DNA of 64,000 nt from an uncultured cyanobacterium (GCA_963793265.1 CAWBZI010000001.1:1376001-1440000), one strand, 5' to 3'. Numbered from the stretch's first letter, positions 30,245-40,167 are shown. Notes: generated by a model not told the origin, from the letters alone. A program made the numbers and translations.

Positions 30245-31561
30245 ATGACAGCCCCCTACACTTCTAAAAACAGCAACCCTAAAATCAGTACAACGTCCTC
30301 TCCAAGCAGCGCAGTTGCCACAAAAGTGACCACTTCACCCGGCTGGGAAGATAGCTTTGATCTTTCTGAATCAGAAGCCTCTGTCGATTCTGCCTACAAA
30401 GGTCAGTTTGCTACAGCTACAGCCCTAGTAGAGGATGAAGTCGATAGTGAAAGCGGCCCTCAAACCGGATCCGAAGTGGTAAGTGATGCCCTTATAGATA
30501 GCTCAGACGACACCTCGGCTGAGGGTGATGTTCTCGATGGCCTAGACGAAAGCCAGTACTCAGCGCAATACTCCGAATCAGAAACGGCTTCCCCACGCTA
30601 TCGCAAATCATCTAATGATGACGCGGTGGGTGCCTTTTTTAAGGAAATGGCTCGCTACCCACTACTCAAACCTGACGAAGAAATTGAGCTAGCCAGGCAG
30701 GTACGCATCATCGTAGAGCTAGAAGAACGCTCCGAGGCGCTGCAAGAATCATTGCAGCGTCGCCCCAGCCTGACAGAGATAGCCGAGTCTTTTGACTGCA
30801 CCGAACAGCAGCTCAAGCGCCGCCTGCAAAAAGCGCGATCGGCCAAACGGCGCATGATCCGCTCCAACCTGCGCCTCGTTGTCTCTATTGCCAAGCGCTA
30901 CCTCAACCGGGGCGTTCCTTTCCTAGATCTTATTCAAGAAGGTGCACTCGGCCTCAACCGCGCTGCCGAAAAGTTTGATCCTGATAAAGGCTACAAGTTT
31001 TCCACCTATGCTTACTGGTGGATTCGCCAGGGCATTACGCGTACCATTGCAAACGATGCGCGCACCATTCGCCTGCCGATTCACATCGTTGAAAAGCTCA
31101 ATAAGCTCAAAAAGGCGCATCGCGAACTGCGTAAAGAGCTTCAGCGCACGCCGACTGAGGCCGAAGTAGCCGCAGCGCTAGATATGACGCCCGATCAGCT
31201 TCGGGTGCTTCAGCAGGTGCAGCGCAAGTCGCTTTCTTTAAACCATCGCGTCGGCAAAGGCGAAGACACCGAGCTGATGGAGCTGCTCGAAGATGGCAAG
31301 TCGCTATCGCCTGAGTCTAAAATTAGCGAGTCGATGATGCGTCAGGAGATTTCTGACGTGCTCACCGAGGTGCTCACCGAGCGCGAAAAGGACATTATTG
31401 CCTTACGCTATGGCTTGACCACAGGTGAGACGCATACGCTTGAAGAAGTGGGTCGGATTTTTCAGCTTTCGCGTGAGCGAGTGCGGCAGATTCAGACGAA
31501 GGCCATGCGCAAGCTGCGTCGGCCCCAGGTTGCCTCTCGATTGAAGAACTGGCTGAAGTAG
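30245..31561 (+). CDS. sigE: Group 2 sigma factor SigE
   Basis: VGAFFKEMARYPLL, RTIANDARTIRLP, SLNHRVGKGEDTEL, RRPQVASRLKNW match cyanobacterial SigE; long acidic N-terminus. Confidence 0.85.
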   Translation: MTAPYTSKNSNPKISTTSSPSSAVATKVTTSPGWEDSFDLSESEASVDSAYKGQFATATALVEDEVDSESGPQTGSEVVSDALIDSSDDTSAEGDVLDGLDESQYSAQYSESETASPRYRKSSNDDAVGAFFKEMARYPLLKPDEEIELARQVRIIVELEERSEALQESLQRRPSLTEIAESFDCTEQQLKRRLQKARSAKRRMIRSNLRLVVSIAKRYLNRGVPFLDLIQEGALGLNRAAEKFDPDKGYKFSTYAYWWIRQGITRTIANDARTIRLPIHIVEKLNKLKKAHRELRKELQRTPTEAEVAAALDMTPDQLRVLQQVQRKSLSLNHRVGKGEDTELMELLEDGKSLSPESKISESMMRQEISDVLTEVLTEREKDIIALRYGLTTGETHTLEEVGRIFQLSRERVRQIQTKAMRKLRRPQVASRLKNWLK

Positions 31562-31607
31562 GAAACTTTCAGCTTCTAAATAGACTTTGAATCAGCAGGC
31601 AAGCCTT

Positions 31608-32423
31608 CTATCTAACTGAATGCTTGCCTGTTTTCGAGCGAAAGGTCACATTCACGCCCTCATTGGTCTGCTGCAACAGCAGTAGCGGTGTGGGCTTTGC
31701 TTTTTGATCCCACTGCATATTGGCAATGCGCCCCTGCAAAGTCGGCTGCCAAAAGGTTTCAGAGTCAGGCGGGTTCAAGAAGTTCTCAATACATTTGACC
31801 ACTTCGTCAACGGTTTTTGAAGTAGCCTGAGCAGGAACTTTAGTCAACTGAATTTGAATACGAAACAGCACGCGCTTGCGCTTCTTTGCATCGTTAGGCG
31901 AAATGTACTCCACGTCAAATAGCTGATCGATAGGTCGCGGCTTGCTGGCAATGCCTACGGTACCGCTGCTGGCCTGTGAAGGTCTGAGCGCTTCGCTAAT
32001 GCGCTGCTTGACTTTTATCTTAAGCTGATTGACGATAGCAAAGTTAAATTGCTTTTCTTCCATTCGCATTCGCAAATAGTCGAGGTTAAAGTCGCGCGAA
32101 TGCACCAAATCTGGATTGCGCTCCATGGTAGTAATGGTGCTTAAAGCTAGCTTGACGCGCTTTTGCAGCTCCTTATTTTTGTAGCTTTCAAACTTGAGCT
32201 GCTTTTGGAGCTTGCGCGTTTGTATTGCTGAAAAAGTGCCTAGTCCAACGAGGGCAATAGTAAGTCCGCCTGAGGCAAACATCCACAGGCTTGTAGGGGC
32301 AGGCGGCGCTTCGACCTGTGCCTGAATTTGCGCTCCGGTCTGCGCTTGGGCTAGTAAGGCAGAAGCGGCAGAATCTGTAAAAAATTCGGTTGCCTGAAGG
32401 GGAAGCGATCGATCGATAGACAT
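31608..32423 (-). CDS. Conserved cyanobacterial hypothetical (TM + coiled coil)
   Basis: Single TM, NPDLVHSRDFNLDYLRMRM, WQPTLQGR, WDQKAKPTPLL; start chosen to avoid overlap. Confidence 0.7.
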   Translation of the reverse strand: MSIDRSLPLQATEFFTDSAASALLAQAQTGAQIQAQVEAPPAPTSLWMFASGGLTIALVGLGTFSAIQTRKLQKQLKFESYKNKELQKRVKLALSTITTMERNPDLVHSRDFNLDYLRMRMEEKQFNFAIVNQLKIKVKQRISEALRPSQASSGTVGIASKPRPIDQLFDVEYISPNDAKKRKRVLFRIQIQLTKVPAQATSKTVDEVVKCIENFLNPPDSETFWQPTLQGRIANMQWDQKAKPTPLLLLQQTNEGVNVTFRSKTGKHSVR

Positions 32424-32543
32424 ACGGCTATGGGCTGCTGATCGTTCATAGGATGCCCATTGGAGCTGAAAGAATTTATAAATGTTGATGCTTTCAATCC
32501 TGCCGTTTTCCACCATTCAAGACTCAACTATTTAAGTGATGCT

Positions 32544-33323
32544 ATGACACCGATCGCTCTACCCTCACCCCTTTGCGCCGCGCCGCTCTCAGATGTTCGC
32601 CTCGTCGCGACCGATATGGACGGAACGCTGACAACAGCAGGACAGTTTTCACCGATGCTGCTGACGGCCTTTGAGCGACTGGGCAAGGCGAATATTGAGG
32701 TGATGATTGTGACTGGGCGTTCGGCTGGCTGGGTGAGCGGACTGGTGCACTATCTGCCGGTGGTGGGCGCGATCGCTGAAAACGGTGGCCTCTACATCAG
32801 CAAGCAAACCGCAGAGCCTGTGATTTTGCCAGATATCCCGCGCATGAGTACGCATCGCGATCGCCTCTCCCACCTCTTCACCAAGCTCAAAGGCCGCTAC
32901 CCTAACCTGCGCCCGGCCACCGACAATCTCTTCCGCATCACCGACTGGACGTTTGACATTGCCGGACTTACGGGCGAGGACATTGCCTGGCTACAGAAAA
33001 CCGCCTGCGCCGAGCCGACCATGGGCTTTACCTACAGCAACGTGCAGTGCCACCTCAAAATCGAGCGCCAAAACAAAGCAGCGGGCCTAAGTAAGGTGCT
33101 TCAGCAGCATTTTCCACAGCTCACCAAATCGCAGGTATTGACCATTGGCGATAGTCCCAACGACGAAAGCCTGTTCGACAGCCAACAGTTTCCTCACTCG
33201 GTAGGGGTTGCAAACGTGGCGCACTATTTACCAGCATTGGCCCATCAGCCTGCCTATATCACCGAAGCTGATGAGGGGGCGGGGTTTGTAGAGATTGTTG
33301 ATTGCCTAGTCGCTAAATCGTAA
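32544..33323 (+). CDS. HAD-IIB family hydrolase
   Basis: DMDGTLT, TGR, GDSPND motifs. Confidence 0.9.
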   Translation: MTPIALPSPLCAAPLSDVRLVATDMDGTLTTAGQFSPMLLTAFERLGKANIEVMIVTGRSAGWVSGLVHYLPVVGAIAENGGLYISKQTAEPVILPDIPRMSTHRDRLSHLFTKLKGRYPNLRPATDNLFRITDWTFDIAGLTGEDIAWLQKTACAEPTMGFTYSNVQCHLKIERQNKAAGLSKVLQQHFPQLTKSQVLTIGDSPNDESLFDSQQFPHSVGVANVAHYLPALAHQPAYITEADEGAGFVEIVDCLVAKS

Positions 33324-33342
33324 ATAGAGATTGAACAAGCGT

Positions 33343-34872
33343 TTAGATGATGCAGCCGCCCGCTTGATTTTTCCAGTCATTAATTAAAGAGGTGAGCCAG
33401 CGCACGTCTCGGCGGCTCATAGCCCCATCTGCTAAAGAGAGCTTGTAGCAGTCGCGGGGCTTGTGCGTCCGGTTGTGGTGCGTCAAGATTCGCAGGGATT
33501 CTTCGCCAGGTAGGGTACTGATGCTGTAGATGTCGGCGCGCTTGGTGTTGACAACGTAAACAGGCGATCGCCCCCAGTACTTATAGGCAATCAGCAGCAC
33601 GTCTGTCTCTAGCTGAATCTGCACTTCTCTGAGCAAGAACGTATTAAGCAGCCTAAGTCCGTTGCTGATAAAGCGGACGCCATAAAAGCAGCTCACAATC
33701 GCGAGGCTAGCGGCTGAGGCTGAGGCAACTAGGCTGAACAATCCACCCGCGCTGGTGAGCATAGCAGGCGAAAAGTGCAGCAGGCTGAGCAGGTGCATGG
33801 CCACGCCGATAAGCGCACCGCCCATCAGTAGGGGGGGAATAGCTCGCTTTGCCTGCTTGCTTTTGATGCCTACAGGCGGAACGATTAGCTCTAGCGATCG
33901 CAGTTTCTTCACCGATCTAATTCGCGTAAAGAAGGGCTGATACTTGTCTTGATTGCCCGAGACGATGGGCACGGGCAGCATTTGCACCTGGGTTGGCTGC
34001 AATATGCGCCGCTTGAGCATAGAGAGAGGGAGGGAGTTAAGTGATCGCAGCGCCTGCTTGGCCGAGTTGGGGCGATCGCCAACATAGGGTTCAACCAGCC
34101 AGTTAATCCACTGCTGAAAGCTCGGGCTGAGCTTAGCGGGCGAACAGGCAAACTTCATTCGCATCCCGCCGCTATTAGGCCGGTGTGGCAAATCGCCTAA
34201 ATGACGGCCAGTCGCCAGGTAGATTAGAGTTGCGCCTAAGCTGTAAAGATCAGAGGCAAAGGTGGCCTGTCCGCCGACCTGCTCGGGTGGCATGTAGCCA
34301 TAGGTGCCAACTAATGCATCGTTGCGCTGGGCCTGAACGTATTGAACAGTGCCTAGATTAAGCCAGGAAACCTGTTTGATCCCGATGATGGGGCCTGCGA
34401 TCGCTACGTTATCAGGCTTAATATCTCTATGCACCAACCCCTTGCTATGCAGGTACACCAGCCCTTTTAGTAGCTGTTTAGCAATGTCTTTTATCTCAGC
34501 TTCGCTATAGGTTTTACTAGCGGCGATCTGCTGAGCAAGCGTCTGCCCTTCGTGGTGACTTTGCACCAGTATCAGCCCCTTACTGCGACCTTTGCCTTCT
34601 TGTGTCGTATCGACAGTAAAAGAGTCTATGTAGCGAGGGATCGTGGGGTGATTGAGAGATTCGAGCAGTTGAATTTCGCGCTCAAAGCAGCAGATATCGC
34701 CAGTCGGCGTATTTTCTTCGACAGTCAGCGATTTAATCACAACAGACTGCTGGTGCTGGATGTCTTTTGCAAGCATTTGCTGATAGCCAAAGGGTTGACC
34801 GATGGGCCGACCAATTGCATAGCGATCGCTCAATCGCTCAAGGACAGTAGACGGAGGAGAAAAAGTAGCCAT
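33343..34872 (-). CDS. Ser/Thr protein kinase-like membrane protein (DFG altered)
   Basis: VVIK, HRDIKPDN, GTYGYMPPEQ, SDLYSLG; two C-terminal TMs. Confidence 0.88.
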   Translation of the reverse strand: MATFSPPSTVLERLSDRYAIGRPIGQPFGYQQMLAKDIQHQQSVVIKSLTVEENTPTGDICCFEREIQLLESLNHPTIPRYIDSFTVDTTQEGKGRSKGLILVQSHHEGQTLAQQIAASKTYSEAEIKDIAKQLLKGLVYLHSKGLVHRDIKPDNVAIAGPIIGIKQVSWLNLGTVQYVQAQRNDALVGTYGYMPPEQVGGQATFASDLYSLGATLIYLATGRHLGDLPHRPNSGGMRMKFACSPAKLSPSFQQWINWLVEPYVGDRPNSAKQALRSLNSLPLSMLKRRILQPTQVQMLPVPIVSGNQDKYQPFFTRIRSVKKLRSLELIVPPVGIKSKQAKRAIPPLLMGGALIGVAMHLLSLLHFSPAMLTSAGGLFSLVASASAASLAIVSCFYGVRFISNGLRLLNTFLLREVQIQLETDVLLIAYKYWGRSPVYVVNTKRADIYSISTLPGEESLRILTHHNRTHKPRDCYKLSLADGAMSRRDVRWLTSLINDWKNQAGGCII

Positions 34873-35261
34873 GCTCGCAGCTAATAAAAAACGTGAACAA
34901 AGTATTCCCTATGATTTTTTGATACGTCTAAGAGAATCAGATTAAATTCACGCAGACGCCTTGACAAAAGCTCGTAAAGGCTTTTGCTGATCTAGGTATA
35001 AATCGCTCAAAGAATATGGATGCCGCAAGGCGGCCTAGTCACAATATCAAGTTATCTCTCACTCTCACAAGAAAGTTTGCGATCCTCTGATAGCAAAGCT
35101 TGTAAGGTTTATATAAAACTCTCTAAGTAATCTTCTGTAGTCGATAAATGAGAGCATTCATTGCGTTTTAAGAGAATGCGAGAAGTTACGGATATTGATT
35201 ATGAAAACGTGTTCAATTAGCACCGCGAAGCTACTGACTTAGCCTTTGCTCTGCTGCCAAT

Positions 35262-36257
35262 TTATCGACTAATTTTTGCAGTAGCCTTATCGATAAATCT
35301 CTTTAACGTAAGGTACATAATTCGCTGACGGGTGAGCTGAGGAATGTCGCTTTCTAACTGGCTTTGGGTGTCAAAAAAGTCGTTGATATCTCTTAAGATA
35401 ATCTCTAACCTTGGAACCAGTTGTTCAAGGCGGTAGGGTGAAAAGAACTCGGATGGTAGCGATCGCCTACTCGGCCAGTTGCTTGTAGCATCCAGAATAC
35501 GCTTAACGTCGTACTCGGTGGCATAGGCCGAAATCTTCTGACAGTTGAACCCTGGATCGAGGTAGTCAGCAAGCGCATGGTTCACGCTCGAAAATACTTC
35601 GCAGCCGCAGGCCATTGCCTCCATCGGCGGCAGCCCAAACCCTTCTGTCAGGCCATAGCGCCCCCAGTATTCCGCAGAGTCGTACAGATAGACTTTGGCA
35701 CGGTTGAATAACCCGATCAGATCTTCTACGTAGCTATCTAGCACAACCACGTTGCACTGCTTTTCAAGCGCTGGGACGAGCTGTCTTAAAAGATATTCAG
35801 ACGACTTGCGCGCCTGTACGAGTACGTCAATATCTCGGGAAAGCTGGCGATTCTCAAAGGCGGGAGAAATTTCGTTGGGCAGATGATAGATCAGTGAGCT
35901 AAGCGCTTTTTCGCCCCAGTAGCTCATGGTGTTGCGGCTGACGGTGAGGATGGGAATGCGGGCGGGCAGCGAGAAGCCGTAGCCGGTGCTGTGGGCGTGG
36001 TAAAGGGTGGGGCGATCGCCTAATCGCTTAATCAGCTTCGGTACATCAAATCCCCAGCTCACCACAAAAATGCACCCGTCAGACGGCTGCTTAAGCACAT
36101 CATCTAAAAACAGCGTGTCTTTTTCCTTTTGCCGGTAGGTCACCACTTCAGCCTCGCAAATCTGCTGGGCCAGCCGGAGCGTATTGAGTTCGGCGGTAAG
36201 CCCTCCGGCAAAGAACTTTTTAGTGGTTCCGGGTAGCAGAAATAGCAGCTTTCTCAT
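35262..36257 (-). CDS. GT-B glycosyltransferase (GT4-like)
   Basis: EGFGLPPMEAMACG; start MRKLLFLLPG. Confidence 0.88.
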   Translation of the reverse strand: MRKLLFLLPGTTKKFFAGGLTAELNTLRLAQQICEAEVVTYRQKEKDTLFLDDVLKQPSDGCIFVVSWGFDVPKLIKRLGDRPTLYHAHSTGYGFSLPARIPILTVSRNTMSYWGEKALSSLIYHLPNEISPAFENRQLSRDIDVLVQARKSSEYLLRQLVPALEKQCNVVVLDSYVEDLIGLFNRAKVYLYDSAEYWGRYGLTEGFGLPPMEAMACGCEVFSSVNHALADYLDPGFNCQKISAYATEYDVKRILDATSNWPSRRSLPSEFFSPYRLEQLVPRLEIILRDINDFFDTQSQLESDIPQLTRQRIMYLTLKRFIDKATAKISR

Positions 36258-37230
36258 CAGACTCTTGCGATTCAAACGGTGCACTCTCAACACCATACCG
36301 CTGTGCGCCCTCTGAATCGCGGCAGGGCTGAGTATATAAATGCTTGAACGTGTCTAAAAAGGCGTAGGTTGCTGGGGTTAGCAGCGTGTTGCGTAGCCAG
36401 CTAAGGCCCAGCGGGCGGGTGATGCTAAAAGGAAGCCGGGCGACTCGAACTTTCGAGGGGATAGGCTGAGCAGAAAGCCTGGGCATAAGCGCAATGCCGA
36501 GCCCTTGGCGGGTCATGCTTACTGAGGTGGAGTCGTTGGCGATAAGATAGTCCACTTCAATCGGTGGGTGAGCTGCGCGTAGGTGATCGCGAATTTCTTT
36601 ACAGCAGTCGCTAGATGAAGTGATCAAGGGATGCTTGTGCAAGTCGTCCCAGGTAATTTGAGCTTGGATGTCTGGACGGTTGGGTGGGACGAGGGCGATA
36701 AAAGGATCGTCCATGATTTTGAATGATTCAAATTCGCTACCTCTGATCAGTTCGGCCATGCTTAAGTCGGCTTTGCCTTCGATGAGGGCGTTGGCAAGTG
36801 ACTGGGTGTTTTCAAATTCGATGATGGTGATTTGGACGGTGGGGTGGTGGCTGTGGAGGTGAGCGATCGCGCCCGGCAATATCTCACTCGCCAAACTCCG
36901 AAACGCCGCAATCCGCACCAGCCCGCCCTCAATTCCTCTGGCCCTAGCCGCCGACTGGCCCATATCATCTACCAGGCTCAAAACCTGCCGTGCCTGCTCA
37001 AAAATAGAGGAGCCTACCGGCGTGAGTGAGGCCCGCTGCCTACCGCGATGAATCAGCTCCACGCCCAGCGCGTCCTCAAGCGCGGCAATGCTGTGGCTCA
37101 CCGTAGACTGACTCACGTTTAGCGCTAGCGCTGCTTCGCTAAAGCTGCCGGTTGCCGCCACGCTCATCAGCGCCCTCATCTGAGAGAGCTTAACTTTATC
37201 GCTGAGGCTCTTTGCAGGTTTTCCAGACAT
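36220..37230 (-). CDS. LysR family regulator
   Basis: GSFSEAALALNVSQSTVSHSIAALEDALG HTH; substrate-binding domain. Confidence 0.93.
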   Translation of the reverse strand: MSGKPAKSLSDKVKLSQMRALMSVAATGSFSEAALALNVSQSTVSHSIAALEDALGVELIHRGRQRASLTPVGSSIFEQARQVLSLVDDMGQSAARARGIEGGLVRIAAFRSLASEILPGAIAHLHSHHPTVQITIIEFENTQSLANALIEGKADLSMAELIRGSEFESFKIMDDPFIALVPPNRPDIQAQITWDDLHKHPLITSSSDCCKEIRDHLRAAHPPIEVDYLIANDSTSVSMTRQGLGIALMPRLSAQPIPSKVRVARLPFSITRPLGLSWLRNTLLTPATYAFLDTFKHLYTQPCRDSEGAQRYGVESAPFESQESDEKAAISATRNH

Positions 37231-37502
37231 AGGTCTACTCAACTGGGCTATTCAAAGGCTATCTTTTTTTACGATCTTCAGCGCATCTATCTTTTGCATA
37301 GGCACCATTTATCCTATGCTTTGCCGCTTCCTATACGTTTTTATACAGTAGATACATCGAGAGAAAAAGCGATTGAAACGTTCTCTTTAACTACGCCTGA
37401 GAGCCATGCCTGAGCGCACCTTTCCTTTTCTCGAAGTCCTTAAATTGCGAAACGTCAGGTACGACTGCCTGAACAAAATATAACCAAACACAGAGGCTCA
37501 TA

Positions 37503-37829
37503 ATGAACAGCACCAACAGATTTTCCAATCAATACTTGCAGGCTTCCAACACGGCCATCCCTTCAATTGCCGACACTCAAGCGCGACTAGAGCAGCTACT
37601 AAAGTCTTCTCCATCGCTACCCCAATCAGGGCCTCGTACGCCCTGGTACCAGCGCTTAGGCCAGTGGCTCCTCGCGTCGTTAACCGACAACCAACAGGTG
37701 CGCGTTTGGACAAAAATCACCCCAAATGGCACCCAATGGAATGCCTACGATCCCAACCTTCAGCGTAGCTTCTCGGCCTACTCAGAAGCCGACCTACGCA
37801 CCTGGCTAGAGCAGCGTCACTATAGCTAG
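37503..37829 (+). CDS. Conserved hypothetical, divergent from LysR
   Basis: W.AYDP...SEADLRTWLEQRHY motif seen in cyanobacterial small proteins. Confidence 0.7.
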   Translation: MNSTNRFSNQYLQASNTAIPSIADTQARLEQLLKSSPSLPQSGPRTPWYQRLGQWLLASLTDNQQVRVWTKITPNGTQWNAYDPNLQRSFSAYSEADLRTWLEQRHYS

Positions 37830-37925
37830 TTAATAGCAGCTCTTTACCCATAGTTTGTAACGCTACATGAGACTAGGGCTGACGTTCGCCATAATAGGCG
37901 TAAAGCAAGCGAACGGTATAACCAC

Positions 37926-38369
37926 ATGTCTCCAACAGCTAACAAATCTATGGGTAAAGTTCTTACGCCGCTGACTATAACTAACAGAGCCGATCAGGTT
38001 TTGGCTTCACGAGGCGTCATTCCTGACGATCAAGTGCGCTCAATCTTGATAGAAGACGTTTTAGTAGACACAGGGGCCACGACGCTTTGCCTTCCCTCAG
38101 CCCTGATTGCAGAGTTAGGATTAGAGCTACTTAAAGAGGTCGATGTCTTAACGGCAAATGGCATTAGCAAAGCGCGCGTTTTTCAAGATGCGAAGCTAAC
38201 GCTGTGCGGACGTGAAGGTACCTTTGAGTGCTTGGAGTTGCCGGGCGGTAGCAATGCTCTGATTGGTGTTATTCCCCTGGAATCATTAGGGCTAGAGCCT
38301 GATTTGAAAAATCAAAAGCTTAAAGTACTGCCGTCTGAGTCAGCAGATACCTATCTGACCATTCTATAG
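37926..38369 (+). CDS. Clan AA (retropepsin-like) aspartyl protease
   Basis: LVDTGAT; LIGVIPLESLG. Confidence 0.85.
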   Translation: MSPTANKSMGKVLTPLTITNRADQVLASRGVIPDDQVRSILIEDVLVDTGATTLCLPSALIAELGLELLKEVDVLTANGISKARVFQDAKLTLCGREGTFECLELPGGSNALIGVIPLESLGLEPDLKNQKLKVLPSESADTYLTIL

Positions 38370-38453
38370 GTCGCGCTCAGGTCATCGTAAGCCAGGCGCT
38401 TTCCAATAAAGGACTATGATAGTTACTGATTAGCGCAGCAAAGGAGCTTTACT

Positions 38454-38627
38454 ATGTTCGGCTTGGGCATCCCTGAAATTGTCATCATTGGCGTTGTAGC
38501 CGTTTTAGTCTTCGGCCCTAAGCGAATTCCTGAGCTAGGTGGTGCGCTTGGCAAAACTCTGCGCGGCTTTAAAGAAGAACTTGATAAGCCTGATGAAGAG
38601 GATGAATATTTTGACGAAGAAAAATAG
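38454..38627 (+). CDS. tatA: Twin-arginine translocase TatA/E subunit (57 aa)
   Basis: Manual translation MFGLGIPEIVIIGVVAVLVFGPKRIPELGGALGKTLRGFKEE; AAGGAG RBS; missed by ORF track. Confidence 0.92.
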   Translation: MFGLGIPEIVIIGVVAVLVFGPKRIPELGGALGKTLRGFKEELDKPDEEDEYFDEEK

Positions 38628-38672
38628 GCTTTTATACCTAGCTCGGTTTCTATAGATGAAAGCCGCTAGTGG

Positions 38673-39161
38673 TTATAGTTCACCAACGACTCGTAAAATC
38701 TTCTGATATAGCGGCTCAGCGATCCAGAAGCCAACAGGACTTCGCAACGTATCTAAGAGCGGTCGAATAGCTGTGATCAGGCCGCGATCTTTTGCTTCAA
38801 CTAGAATGCCAATCACGCCAGTGAACTTCAAACCCTGCCCTTCAGCAACTATACGAGCGGCTCTATCGTCTATCAAAACTTGCTTTACACCTAGCTCTAG
38901 AGCTAGCGCGATCGCCTCACACTCCCCAATATGTACGCTCTCAGTTAGCAGACTCTCGACGACAGTACGATTAGCGACACTTTTAATCTGAATCCATTCA
39001 TACGTCTCTACTTCTACAGCACCCGCTTCTTTTGGTGGGCCAAGTAGCTCCCTATAAACGGCTTCAGGAATAACGACTGTTTCATATAGCTGCCTGAGCA
39101 ACAAAAGCTGTCCAATTGCTGCCAAATTGTTGATGGGCGAAGTATCACTAACAACAATCAC
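38673..39161 (-). CDS. DUF3368 PIN-domain toxin
   Basis: VVSDTSP, GECEAIALA, LIDDRAAR. Confidence 0.9.
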   Translation of the reverse strand: MIVVSDTSPINNLAAIGQLLLLRQLYETVVIPEAVYRELLGPPKEAGAVEVETYEWIQIKSVANRTVVESLLTESVHIGECEAIALALELGVKQVLIDDRAARIVAEGQGLKFTGVIGILVEAKDRGLITAIRPLLDTLRSPVGFWIAEPLYQKILRVVGEL

Positions 39162-39406
39162 AGCCTGCCTAGAGCCTTGAGATTTTCTATATCCTTATCG
39201 AAATCAGAAACGTCATAAATAGGAATATGACGGCTCCCTAGCAGGCGCTGAAACTCCATCCTGGTCATCTCTGCAAAGCTGCTTGCTTGAGATAACGTCA
39301 GCCGCTCTTGCTGAAACAGCAAAATAGCGATTTCCTGCTTTAGTTCACTTGCCGTCATCTGGGCCGAGACTAAAACCGAATCAGGAATTGTGATTGTTAG
39401 GCTCAT
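39158..39406 (-). CDS. UPF0175 antitoxin
   Basis: EIAILLFQQERLTLSQAS..EFQRLL; 4-nt overlap with toxin. Confidence 0.9.
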   Translation of the reverse strand: MSLTITIPDSVLVSAQMTASELKQEIAILLFQQERLTLSQASSFAEMTRMEFQRLLGSRHIPIYDVSDFDKDIENLKALGRL

Positions 39407-39486
39407 AGTTTTAGTGCTACAGAATCTTTCTTATTTTATCTTAGTAGCTCAGCGCAGGTACCACTTTATTCTTTCGACCGGATCAC

Positions 39487-40167
39487 TTATACAGCACGCC
39501 CAAGAGCGGATAAAACCATCTCAAACAACTCATTGGCATTGTTTGTGCATCCGAGAGCACCATGTCTGCGTGATTCTGCCACGTGTTCTGGTGCTCTCGA
39601 ACTCGCATAAATGATAAAAGGTGTTTTATTTCCTGTAATTCGAAGTTTATCAAGAAGTGTGTAACCCGCGCGAGTATCAGGCGGCCGTCCCATATCAGAA
39701 ATAATTACGTCAAAACGCCGACGAGATACCTGTCTTAGTGCTTCTTCTGTTGATGCTGCTATCACAAACGTAATACCCAAAGCTTCAAGCGCTTGTTGCT
39801 CATAGATATTGTTGTCAGGACGATCGTCTACCCACAAAACGATGGCTTTACTTACCTGCTTTATATTTTCAGGAGTTACCGCCTCTGCAACGACATATGC
39901 GGCAAGCTTTGCCTCCTGAACCGCATCTTCACGAGTCGCAGCTTTATTGGCTGCCGCAGCCAAAGCGGCAGTTGCCTCAGCCTGCCGCTTTTTTAGAGAA
40001 GCTTCGAACCCCGCACCTTTGAGCGTTAGTTCTCCCAGACTTGAGAGAAATTGACGGAGATCTTGTCCGAAACGGAGCAGAGTAAATACAATCACTCCGG
40101 GCCAGGTCAACACACTGAGTAATTGTGTGATTGCATCAATCAGCTTAACAAGATTGTCGATGCTCAA
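39487..40167 (-). CDS. Membrane-anchored receiver-domain protein
   Basis: N-terminal TM (LTWPGVIVF), VLWVDD, IISDMGR. Confidence 0.8.
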   Translation of the reverse strand: MSIDNLVKLIDAITQLLSVLTWPGVIVFTLLRFGQDLRQFLSSLGELTLKGAGFEASLKKRQAEATAALAAAANKAATREDAVQEAKLAAYVVAEAVTPENIKQVSKAIVLWVDDRPDNNIYEQQALEALGITFVIAASTEEALRQVSRRRFDVIISDMGRPPDTRAGYTLLDKLRITGNKTPFIIYASSRAPEHVAESRRHGALGCTNNANELFEMVLSALGRAV

